A DNA stretch of 64,000 bases from NCBI GenBank assembly GCA_001687465.1, contig LVLI01000177.1:1-64000 (forward strand), read 5' to 3'. This document shows, piece by piece, positions 26,161 to 37,993 of this stretch (position 1 is its first letter; each line of letters starts with the position of its first letter). The notes under the pieces were generated by a model. The model made no database searches. It was given only the letters and a program-made list of their open reading frames with translations, and had not been told where the DNA came from. The translations under genes were made by a program, and so were the position numbers. This DNA comes from Halocafeteria seosinensis (Eukaryota).

Positions 26161-29121
26161 ATGCCTGTGGCGTATTCGGCGCACGCCGCCAGTGTGGCGT
26201 CAGCTTCGCAGCGCTTTCTGACTCAAGGAAGCCAGGAGGAAGGTGTATACTGTCACAGAGACAAATTGCGCGAGCATGTCGCTTCGCAGTATGCCGGAGA
26301 CTCCCAAGCGCGTCTGTTGGAGCACCAGGAGAGCGTGCAGGACCGACAGAAGCAACTGGAACGCGAAAAACAAGTCTACGACGCGGCGATTGAGATGTCG
26401 AAATCGAGCGCCGTCAAAGAACTCGTACAAGAATTGCATCAGAACACATTGCGCTGTTTCATCCTCACGGACCCCACGTTGGAAGGACTGCCCATCGTGT
26501 ATGCGTCCCCTGGGTTCCTGGAAATGACGGCGTACAGCCAAGAGGAAGTGCTGGGCAGGAATTGTCGGTTCCTCCAAGGCGCTGCCACGGATTTCTTGAC
26601 GGCACGGCGCATAGGGGACGCCATTGGGAACAAAAAGGAGTACACGGTGCAGATTCTCAATTACAAGAAAGATGGAACCCCCTTCTGGAATCTCCTCCAT
26701 TTGGCTCCCGTCACCCGACCTGACAACGAGGAGAACGAAAACGTAGAGGAGCGCTACTTCTATGTGGGAATTCAAACCAATGTCACTGTACCCAAGAAGT
26801 TGCAACCCAAGAAATCTGATCGAGAGGAAGACATGCAGAAAACTGGATCTTCTTATGTTGCCAAACACGGATTTACGGCTTTTCTGCCAGCGAGCTTACA
26901 TTCCACCATTTCAGATGATACTTCCAAAGTTGGATCCTCTTTGTCAAAGTTTTCAACGTTTCGCCAAGGATTAAAAAATGGAGTCACGTTTGAGGCAACC
27001 AATCTGTCCTACAGTATTCCCGGACCGAAGAAAGAAGACAAAGTTGCGAAAATCCTAGACGATATTTCCGTGTACGCAAAGCCAGGGGAAATGCTGGCAA
27101 TCATGGGTCCCAGCGGTTCTGGGAAGACAACTTTGCTCAACGCATTAGCAGGAAGGGCTAGCAATAGTTTGACCCTGGAGGATCCAAGCTTTGATCATAG
27201 TAAAGCAACATCGAAGCCTGTTCTTAGTGGGTCCATAACGCTGAATGGGAAGCCAAGGAAGAAGGATGACAAGCGGCGACTTGCATATGTTATGCAAGAC
27301 GATGTACTGTTTGACAACCTTACAGTTGAAGAAACGTTGTACTACAGCGCAAAGCTGAAAATGCCTGAGTCAACTCCTGAAGAGACCATCCAACAAAGAG
27401 TGGAAGAGGTCATATCTCTGTTAAAGCTCGACAAATGTAGACAAACTATCATCGGCTCCCCTATGCAACGAGGCGTCTCTGGAGGGGAGCGCAAACGGGT
27501 GAATATCGGGTAAGTTCCTGTGGTATCATGCAGACACCCCCCTTATTGATACGTGACGTTGTTGCTCTTTACTATGTCAAAAATCAGAAATGAGATTGTA
27601 ACAGACCCCTCTGTCCTGTTACTGGATGAACCGACCAGTGGTTTGGATTCCTCTAATGCTCTGCGACTGTTATCGAGCCTCGCGATGTTGGCTGCTGCGG
27701 GAAGGACAGTGATGACGACCATTCATCAACCATCGACTCAGATATTCAACTGTTTTGACAAACTATTGCTTTTGGGGGAAGGTAACGTTCTTTACTTTGG
27801 AACCGCTTCCGATGCGCTACACTATTTCGCGTCTCCCCCGCTGAAGCAAGTTTGCCCACCTCATTGGAACCCAGCGGATTTCCTACTTGGTAAGCCCTGA
27901 TTGGCGCTATCTAGGTATCTGTACCGTCTGTGTACTTAATTCGACCGTCTTACGTTCGCAGAGGTCTCCTCATATGGCAAAATCGTTGCTGATGCGGCTG
28001 AGCAATGGACAAAGCAGCAGCAACAGCTGGACTATGTTGCTAAGCATTGTGGTCATGACGTCTTCGATCTTCCTGGTGATGAAGAAATGAACGGAAGCAC
28101 AGATGACAATGCAGGAGAAACAGGTGAAGTCGTATTGAAGATCCAAAACCATGGAGGGGATAAAGGCAAAGAAAATGCAGAGGCATCGAATGAGAAATGG
28201 CCTACTTCATTTTTAACACAACTAAGTGTGCTAATGCGAAGGTCATTCAAACAAGGACGGGGTAGCACAATGACTAGCTACTACCTCGGGCAGACAATCG
28301 CGATCACCCTTGTAACATCTCTACTCTGGTGGCAAATAGATGATAATGCTTCTACGATTAGTGATCGTGAGGGTTTCGTTTTCTTCGCTAGTGTCTATTG
28401 GGGCTTCAACCCTTTATTCAATGCTCTCACTACATTCCCAGCCGAACGATCCGTGCTCACTCGCGAACGCGCCGGAGGAATGTATCGTCTTTCGGCGTAT
28501 TTCCTTGCCAAGAGTTGTGCGGATATACCTCTGGTCTTTACCTATCCGACTATATTTGCAGTTGTTGCATACTGGGCGGTAGGTCTTCGTGCGGAAGCCG
28601 GGAGCTTTTTCACTTTTCTTTTTGGTTTGTACGTGAATGGTTTGGCCGCACAAGCACTTGGTTTGGCTGTTTCCAGCTGGGTCTTGGATTTTCGTAAGAG
28701 TTTAGTTGTGGTACGTATTCGTCCGCATTTACACAGCATGACTTCGACTCTTTAAAGTATATGTTTTTTCCTTATTTGTGGCGTTCAGGCTGTCGTTCTC
28801 ATGCTATCCTTCATGTTAGCGGGCGGATTCTACATCCAGGACATACCTGTATTTATCAATTGGTATGCCGCTTTGGGTTTTGTATCCTATACATACCCGC
28901 TGATGATTCAAAACGAATTCTCGGACAGAGAATTTGATTGCGTTCAAGGCGAAAATGTTGCTTTTACCGGGTGCCCCGTTACGGGCGAAGACGTTGTTGA
29001 CAGATTAAACCCGTTCCTCAGAGAAATTGGTCCGAATTTCGGTATTTTGTTCATCATGGCTTTCGTGTTCCGCTTCATTGCATACTGGGGTTTACGGTAT
29101 CGGACAAAGTCCACTGCATGA
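26161..29121 (+). CDS. LOV-domain / ABCG half-transporter fusion (coiled coil-LOV-NBD-TMD, about 910 aa, 4 exons)
   Basis: LOV: FILTDP...[30 protein letters not shown]...[18 protein letters not shown]...YVGIQ. ABCG: Walker [11 protein letters not shown]-loop YVMQDD, signature VSGGERKRV, Walker [23 protein letters not shown], and a TMD with [16 protein letters not shown]. Introns 27510-27587, 27890-27961 and 28711-28788 all keep frame. Confidence 0.93.
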
Positions 29122-29188
29122 GTAGCGGTTTGCTACGAAAACGTAAACATTTATGTGATATACAAAATAAACAAAGTATGCTTTTATC

Positions 29189-32100
29189 TCAAAGCAGTTG
29201 CTCCACCACGTTTCGACACCGGGAGCACAAATGATCGCCATCCGAGCTGACGCTAAGCTGTATCTGCCAGCAGCGTCGACATTTTTGTCCTTGGGCATGC
29301 CCAAGAATAACATTTATATTGTCTTCAGTCGATTCCTCGCTTGTAATGATACTGGAAGAGTTAAACGTTGCGGTCCCATTATACACAGCTTGCGACGTAC
29401 CCATGACTTCAGCCAATTCCAGGCTTTCTGCAATTGACGTGAGGGGCTGCGTTGAATCTCCATGTCCCTCTAACGTGTCGATGTACACGCATGCATCCAA
29501 AGGTGAGCCAATTAGTTTCCGAGTACGAGCTTCCTCGAGCAAACGATGGACCAGGTTTCTAGCTCTCAAAACCCTGTCCCATTGAGTAGCTATGGATTCG
29601 CTGTGCCATGTGCTTGGGATTGCTCTTCGTGTCAAGTGGAAAACACTCATGCTAGTACAGGGATTCAAAGTCCAGTCTTTCCCTTCGTTTTCATCTCCCT
29701 CTTTTGTTATCATAGCAACCGAATGCTGGAAAATATCTTCGGCAGTGTAGCATGCTATGGGCGCTATTCCGTTTACAAGAGTCACTAGTGATTCCCATAA
29801 TATTGCCTGTGTTTGTTCTCGAAGAGGATCAGATGGATGTTGGCAGTACAGCCGGTCTTTGACAAATTCCAAGTAACGCGACGACAGGTCGTTTGTAACG
29901 AAATTTGTCACGGCGGCAATAACTCTTGCAAAATTGAAATTAGAATATGCAGCGGTAATTTCGGTCTCCAGTGCAGCGAGTCTGTTGAGAGCAAACTGTT
30001 GGACAGGAGTGCAGCGGTTTATGTCAAGCACTGGTGAATCTCGAGCATGCTGAGTCCATGCACTCTGTATTCGGGCTTTACTTTCAATGACGCGTTCCAT
30101 GTTCAATGCATCAAAAAACTTGGGCATATACCCGTTTAAATTGGAAAGTAAGAATTTAGCCGTGTTTCGGACTCTTCGGAGGCTTTCCGCAGATTTCGCC
30201 ACCGCATCCGGAGATAAAACAATATCCCTAGAGTAGTCAGTTGATGCTACCCACCACCTACCCACATCTACGCCATAGGGAACATTGAAAAGGGCTTTCT
30301 TATTCTTGCCCTTGATCCCTTTTTTCTGCTTTGGTGCTCCGTCGATAATATCGCTGGGGGCAACGACATTGCCGATGCTCTTACTCATTTTTAAGGCTTG
30401 GGGATCTAGTACAAACCCATGCGTTACAATATTAGAAAACGGTACGCCAAACTTTGCGGCAATGGCTATTAAAAGACTTGACTGGAACCATCCTCGGTGT
30501 TGATCGCTTCCCTCCACAACGACATCTGACCGTTTGCCTTTCGCGAGCAGCGACTCACCGCTTCCCGACCGGTCCCACACAGATGCCCATGAACTCCCAC
30601 TATCAAACCAAACGTCGAATGTGTCCATTCCTCGACGGTACAGTTTAGCATTTTCCTCGGTGCGCATAGAACGAGGCAATAACTCACTCATAGGAGCCTG
30701 CCACCAGTAGTCAGTGCCATTCTTCGAAATGAGACTTTTAATGTTTTCGATACTTTCTTCCGTTAGCAGCGGTTCATCGGTGTCTCGATGGTACAAAACA
30801 GGAATAGGTACTCCCCATGGACGTTGCCGCGAAATGCACCACTCCGTTCGACTTTGCAGCATAGCCTGTAATCGGTTAATTCCGCTCTCCGGTACGAGTC
30901 GAATATTGCCCACTGCGAGTAAGCTCTGTGCAATTGCATCTTTCACATTTATAAACCACTGTGAAGTGGCACGGATGATTACGGGCTGCTTGCTTCTCCA
31001 ATCGTAGGGGTACCTGTGCGCATACTCAGCGGAGTGCAAAAGATAACCTTCTTTCTTCAAAAGTTCCATTACTGCATTATTTCCTTCATTCAACACCTCT
31101 TTACCCTCAAGTTCACGTACGTCGGACGAAAATTGTCCTCTATCGTTAACCGGACAAATAACTGGCATTTCTGGAGTCACAGAATGCTCGCTGTTCAATT
31201 TCTCGATGGCGTACCAGTCATCAACACCATGCCCTGGTGCTGTGTGAACAAGTCCCGTTCCATTGTCCATTGTTACGTAATCAGCGGGGACTATTACACT
31301 AGTCCTTTCGCATCCTACATTGCAACCAGATAATGGATGAAGGCATTGTAAACCTGCAAGGCGCCTACCCTCGAGAGTGCATATGTCCTCAGCAAAACAT
31401 TCCATGCTAATCCCCGCAGATACTTGGTGCACGAAATGATCCTTCAATTCACAAGCCACTAAGAAAAAACTAGGGAATGCGAAACCTTGTTCACTTCGTA
31501 CAGCTATCACACTGTACTCTTGATCGGGCGCGATCGCTATAGCCACGTTCGCAGGAATAGTCCATGGAGTCGTGGTCCAGATTGCTGCGGCAACCGGAAA
31601 GTCGGAGCAGTCGACGTCGATTTCAATGTTTTTACAGTATTCCTCCACCGAGTTAGCAATTTTAGATAACGTATCCGTAGGGTCCCAAGGTGTCTGGCTG
31701 TATGTTAACTCCTCCTTGGCTGCTAGAGGAAAAGAGGCATATATTTGTTGAGAAATATGGTTATCCTGTATAGTAAAACATTACAGCATAATCCGTAGAA
31801 ACAACTATACATCTCTGTACAGAGCGCTACGCCGTACTTTATACTCCAATTCTGCCTCAGCTAAAGCAGTTTGGGTCGAAGGGGACCAGTATACGGGTTT
31901 GACACCTCGAAACACGACTCCATTTTTCCAAAGTTGCTGGAATACCTCTGCATAACAATATAAAGAAGCAAAATCCAGACATGCAGAGCCCAACCACGCA
32001 AAACTTTGCTAACCTAGCTCATTAGACTCGTAAGAAGCATCCATGGTTCGATATGTGTGCTCGGTCGAGGACCAATCCGCTAGAACACCCCAGCGCTTGA

Positions 32101-32748
32101 ATCCTTCCGTTTGGTCTTCAATCGTCCTTTTCGCGTGTTCTGCTGCAGCTTTCCGAATCGTGTTGGCCTGTTTGAGTTTGGCTTCGTGATCCACGGGTTC
32201 CTCATGCAGGGAGGAATTCAAATTTTCCACCGCTTTCAGTTCAATCGGCAACCCATGACAATCCCACCCTGTAGAGCACCGTACACAGATAGTGCGTGTA
32301 TGTATCGGCGCAAAATCAAGTCTTTCTGAATCACCGTACCTGGGACATAATTGACCCAATATCCATCCAACAGTTTATCCCGGTTAATGATATCCTTGAG
32401 CACTTTGTTCACAAAATGCCCCATATGGAGCGCACCGTTCGCGTACGGGGGACCATCGTGGAGAGTGAACTCGGGTCTCTCCGTCCTGAAAGTCCTCTGC
32501 GTCCTGTACAGGTCCGTCGTAATTCTTTCCTGGAACTGAGGCTCACGGACCGACGCGTTGGCGCGCATCGGGAAGCTCGTCCACGGTAATTGCAGGGTCC
32601 TTTTCAAACTCTCATCACTTATGGTATACGTAGTGGATGAGGAAGAAGCAGCTGCCCTAGCTGCCAAAGGAGTCTTGGAATTCCTCCAGGACCAAGGTAG
32701 CCTGCATTTGCTTCCCCTCTGTCCCAAACACCGGCTGCGTATTTGCAT
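29189..32748 (-). CDS. IARS2: Isoleucyl-tRNA synthetase, bacterial/mitochondrial type (multi-exon)
   Basis: Motifs [74 protein letters not shown] and C-terminal CxxC...CxxC. The N-terminus is presequence-like. Confidence 0.93.
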
Positions 32749-32875
32749 CGTGCTTATATGCTACTCAATAGATAGATAGATAGATAAATAAAAGGATAAG
32801 AATGTTTCCTATGTTGTAATGTACATTGGTTGCCATTGATGTTGCTGATGCCAGTGCTATCTATCAATCCCTTTT

Positions 32876-34294
32876 CTAAGTCTGACTACTGGTACCAGTA
32901 GTAGTACTATTTTTTTCTTGCCCAGGCATGATAATTTTAGGGGCCTTTCCTTCCAAATCATATAGTTTGATTAGCTCGCGAAACATGGGTAGATCAATAC
33001 TAAAGACGAACTGATTCGTGGGAGCATCTCCGTCGTCGTCATTGTTTCCATCCGGCCTGTTGGAAGCGTCTTTGGACTTCTTGTCTGGATTGACACCGAC
33101 GCACAGTTCATTGTCTTCACTCAAAAAGATCGAAGCCATGTTCTTTTTAACTGAAAAACTAAGGTAAAATAGATTCTCCGTAGTCAGCGAGAATGATCGA
33201 GGGTCAAACACGGTTGGCACCAAGGGTACGCCATACCGCCGTTGTCCGTTGATCGTGGTAATGACATTATCCTTCTGTATTTTCCGAAGTTTGTTTATAA
33301 TCGTTATATAAAGCTTATAATTGTGGTCTTTGGTACGCTCGGACTCGTCCACCCGTTCACCCTGAATTGTCTTATCAACCTCACCAATTGTAGTATTCAG
33401 TTTGCGTTTCTGCACGGGTGCCTTTTGCTGTTTGGGAGCTACGTCTCTGTCAATAAAGTCATGCGGCCTGCGGGTATTAAGAACACCTCCACATAAAATA
33501 TGTAATATCACAAGCAGGAAGGAAAAGAATCCATCACATACAACATGGTGCAGCGCGGGACACGCCTCCATAGTCCACTCGTACGTTGTCCAAGGGCTAG
33601 CCAATCAAATGTCTTGGTGTCATCATCAGAGGTCTTGCCAAAAGTCTCGGAAAGGTGCTTCAAGAACTTGGTAAGGTCAATCTGTCATCCTCAAAGAAAG
33701 CTCAATACCATTGACTACTTTCGAGACTGGGACCAAACATTCAACAACTTACAGCGGAACCCTGTATCATTCTTGCTTGATACGATGCAGCTTCCGTGGT
33801 TCTATGAAATTGTCGCGTATCTGCTTCATCCTCTGTGGTTCCCGTAACTGTAATTTCGTTTTCAAAACCAAGCAAGTCATCCACAGCACGGCAAAGAAAT
33901 GACATTACACCACTCCATGGACCAGTTCGCATCCTCTGGAGGGCATTAATGGAAACCACGTACAGTCTCTTCCTTCTTTATTCACTTCGTCTAATCTGGT
34001 CCTGTATTCATCCAAAGCATTGGAAGCCGGGTTCCGGAGCTCTGAGGTTCGACCTGTGAATTTTCAAAGCATCATTGTAAGATGTTGCCCCACTTGAAAA
34101 GCTCAACAGAAGGAGGATGTAAATGTTGGAAATTTTTTCAGGTACATACTTCCGTATTCTTCCTCCAGAATACCGAGTTTACGGCGTTTATTGAGCCGAT
34201 TTTGTCGTAGCTTTTCAGCATTTCCTTCAATGTTGGCTCCATTACTGTCCCTTAATGTCTGCGACGAAGCCGCAGAACGCTTTCCTACTTTCAT
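32876..34294 (-). CDS. NSE4: SMC5/6 kleisin NSE4-like (multi-exon; 5' structure approximate)
   Basis: The C-terminal Nse4 motifs DPRSFSLTTENLFYLSFSVK and QFVFSIDLPMFRELIKLYDL are present. Confidence 0.75.
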
Positions 34295-35334
34295 ATTACG
34301 TTTCGCCGTTCGTTTTTCTACTATAGAAAGCACTTTCTTCCTCGATATGACCACGATAAAGACGCCATACAAGGCTAGAACTTTCTCTGTTGTGTTGAAG
34401 GACACACCCGCAACTTGTGTTTGAAATACCAACTACAACTTTTGTTTGTCGGGTTGGGAATTCAAATACATATGTATGGAACCAAAAGTTTCACACACAG
34501 ACTAATATGTATTAGGCATCACACCTGCATCCCGACGTTCATGAATGGAAAGGCCATTTCAGGAAGCAAGGCTGCAGCGAGGGAAATCCGCACAACCACA
34601 ATCTTGTTGGTTATGAGGTCATTTTGCACGGAAAACACTGTCCGGTTTACAGCTGAAAGAAAGCCTGAGTTCGAGTTTAACATTTGTACAGTTGCTTTCT
34701 TATCTGAGTATTGTATTGTGGCTGATCTATATCACTTATTCACAATTATCAAACCCGACAAAGAATTTCACAGCCCCCTGACCAAAGCTTGATCACATCA
34801 GTTGCTCACAGTGTGTATGAGCCATATTATGCTGTCAACGCATGGAATACTTACATATACAGACGCATTACATGTAGGAGGCTAATTGTTGAAGAGGGAA
34901 GGGAAACGCAGCATACACCCTACCTTACTGCATACAAAGGATAATGTAATAACGCAGCAAACGCGGACCAGGTAGAATACAGGAATGCGCGTCTTCGCAG
35001 CCCTAGCAGTCCGATAAAGGGGATTTTCATGGCGCGCAAAGGATGCCACCGGAGGAAGTCAACAAAACAAATCGGTGCAAGAATTGTACAGTACTGTACT
35101 GTACAATTGCGATATGAAATCCCGCAGCAACTCGCCACGTCTTGGCCAAACTGTGTACTCGACACACCCGATCGACCTTCACAAAGGTTGCGCGCCAAAA
35201 CAAGGATTCACCTAGTTGCAGTAGGTAGATCGTTCATGTACACCAAATTTGTTCGTGTTGGGAATGAGTTTGTACTATACTAACTGATCACTTGTGCGTT
35301 GGTTGTAAGGGTTGTGCAAGTAAGATATAGAGAG

Positions 35335-36033
35335 ATGAGTGCCAGCCGGCGAAAACACGCGCAAGTCGACACGTATTTCAGGAAGCGGTCCCGCCAACAG
35401 CAACAGGAAGAGGACGATGCCAAGGCAAAAGAGGATGTCGAACAGAATGAAAAGCGACGGACTAAAGAGCACCGGGAGAATTTGACGCAAGCGTCTGATG
35501 TGGAGGTTGTCGACGAACAGGAACGGGAGCATGAGCGTGGACCTGCAACTTTAGGAAAAAATAAGCAACGACATAGAACCACACCAGCTGAAGCAGAGCA
35601 ACCCGCTTTATTTGCGGAAGTTGGGTATAAGGTGAAAGGAGAGGCGGATGATCTGACAGAAGCGGAAGCTAAAGTTGTTGAACACGTCGAAGTAGGTGCC
35701 AGTGCGATGTTATCGACTGTCATATCTTGCGGGTGCAACTTAGCGTATGGCTTGCAGAGAACTCACGAAATACCTAAGGATTTCAATTTGAATAAAGAAG
35801 ACTATGGGTGTATTTCAGGCACGAGCTACGAGCGAAGACTTATACGCGCTTTCGAATTACAGCTGATACAACTGAAACGCAATCACTCATACGAAAAAAT
35901 GTGTAGAATTTGTGCCGCGAAAGGACACTTTTCAGATGATTGCCCCAAGGTTTTTGACGATAAATACTTTTCACAGAAGGCAGCGATAGCGTTTCCCCGG
36001 GACAGTCGGAAAGTAACCAGGGCCAACGAATAA
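35335..36033 (+). CDS. Small protein with a POLD4-like motif and C-terminal CCHC zinc knuckle (probable in-frame intron 35692-35757)
   Basis: CRICAAKGHFSDDCP fits CX2CX4HX4C. DFNLNKEDYGCISGTSYERRLIRA resembles the Pol delta p12 core. The N-terminal QVDTYFRKR is PIP-like. Confidence 0.6.
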   Translation: MSASRRKHAQVDTYFRKRSRQQQQEEDDAKAKEDVEQNEKRRTKEHRENLTQASDVEVVDEQEREHERGPATLGKNKQRHRTTPAEAEQPALFAEVGYKVKGEADDLTEAEAKVVEHVEVGASAMLSTVISCGCNLAYGLQRTHEIPKDFNLNKEDYGCISGTSYERRLIRAFELQLIQLKRNHSYEKMCRICAAKGHFSDDCPKVFDDKYFSQKAAIAFPRDSRKVTRANE

Positions 36034-36563
36034 TATTCGTCACTAAGTGCTGGCGCAAAGAAATGGGCACCAGTCTAAGAGCCGCGCTAGCTATAATTCA
36101 TGATGAACTAAATTGTAGCTTATTCAGAAGTATTTCGAGTCATATCTGGCAAACATTGTAATCAATCCACGCACTGGCCACAACAAACCGTGGCAATGCT
36201 ACACACTGATAGCTACACCAGTGTGATATCAGCCTGGTGGAGTGCTAGTTTGCACGTGGAAAAATAAGGCACTATAAGAAAAATAGCATTTATTGTACAG
36301 CTTCCTCGCATATCATTAACTTGTTTGGCTGAACACTCGCACTTTGCGAGAGTCAAACACTTGAAGCTTCGCCGCACATGTTGAAGTTCAGGAACGCGCC
36401 TTCGGATCAGCCTGCTCCGATCAGGCCAACCGGGAGCTGCATCACTTCCTACAGGTAATCCGGGATTGGTTCCAGTGCGCATATTTGTATGCGTAGTTTT
36501 ACCACAATTGATTCGTCGGATAAAGGCTCTCTTGGGATCTTGCATTGTATTGGAACGAGCAAG

Positions 36564-37378
36564 ATGCGGTCTCACGGCTCCGCTTCCATCGCGCTTTTAT
36601 TGCTGCATATAGCTCTATTATGCGCTCCTATGGTCGTCGACGCATGGAGTGAGGATCTCAAGTACTCCCGTATGCACGTGGTGGATAAGTCCGACGACAA
36701 TCGAAATTGGCTCTTCCGAGGCAACTTCCCAGGGAAAAATGGCTCGTACGCGTATACGGAATTGATTCAAGACCTTCATAAACGTGCTTTGAATGAAGGA
36801 AATGCACCCTTACCGGATTCCTTTGAACTCCATATCATCAATTTCAATAACCCCCTGGAGTATGATTTTTTCATCGAGAAAACATTTTTCTATGAGAATC
36901 CCTCTAAAGGCGACCTCACGATTTGGCCTCTTGTCGGAGCTGTAATTCCCGTATGTCAGACCTCTTGTTTGAACTTCATGTATATTATGTATACTTGTGT
37001 GACGAGGTTTTTCATATCCTGCAGCCGAGCTTTGTGGACAACAAGACGAGGGAGGGTCTTATCAACGATCCTGATGTGCTCTTCATTATTGACGAACTCC
37101 CGTTTCGGTTGCAGAAAGTGTATAATTGGGTTCATACCAAGCAGGAAACTCCCCAAGTATTATACTGGCATTGTGAAGCTGGATGTGATCGAACTGGAGA
37201 AGCTTCTGGCGCATACTATATGAGATACCTAAATTATAACGTGACAGCAGCGTTCGACCGAGACACCCGGGAATGTGGTCGCCCCCCTAACTATTTCAGC
37301 AAAGGCATGATCTCTTGGTATTGTCTATATTTGGAAAACCAAAGCGGTAGGGAGCTAGGCGATTGCTTGAATTTCTAG
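36564..37378 (+). CDS. Secreted cysteine-dependent (CX5R) phosphatase, paralog 2 (2 exons)
   Basis: Signal peptide, NRNWLFRGNFP and HCEAGCDRTGE. Intron 36951-37024. Confidence 0.8.
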
Positions 37379-37993
37379 TTTGGCTCGAAGGACACCTCGC
37401 TCCGTTCGAGTGTTTCGCTTTGAGTTTTGTTCGCACTTTCCAGTTGTTGTGGGATTGCTCATTTTGGGCACTGCGGATATCTCTTGTCAAGTTCCCGGAA
37501 TTCTTTAACTCTCCTTCTGGCTTTGTCTGGAGACCACGTTTGACTACTGATCGGCCTTAAGAATAATAATCAGATGCTAATGTGCAAGCAAATGATGCTG
37601 GATCTGTGTGTGCCTGCTCTTTCGAAATAAATTTCTCTGTCCGAGTGCTCTAAGTTCTCAACTCTATCATTCCCAATACGGTAGCGTGTCGGAGTCGACT
37701 TCCTCTTTGCCCCGTGCCAGCCGGAATTGTAGCAATTTGTAGGCTCCTTCCTCCCCAAGTTAACTTGACAGGCTGTCTAAAAACAAAAAATAAAATAAAA
37801 TAAAAAAATTAGTATTGTCACATTAGCAATGGTACAACGGTAGTACTGTCCCACCACGCATCCAATCGCAGAATGCTGGTCAGCCAAACCTGTGCTGGGA
37901 ATGACTGAATGAATGGATGCATGACGTCAGAAGTGCTCCAGACAAGCATGCTGAATACATCCACAACACAGAGGCGTCAAAGAAGCAGAGAGG

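Noticed and set aside
26161..26790. Apparently higher GC in the LOV part than the ABCG part as evidence of recent fusion or HGT
   Set aside because: Judged by eye only. The 5' ends of other genes here (IleRS, ABHD13, TTC38) look similarly GC-rich, so it is not specific.
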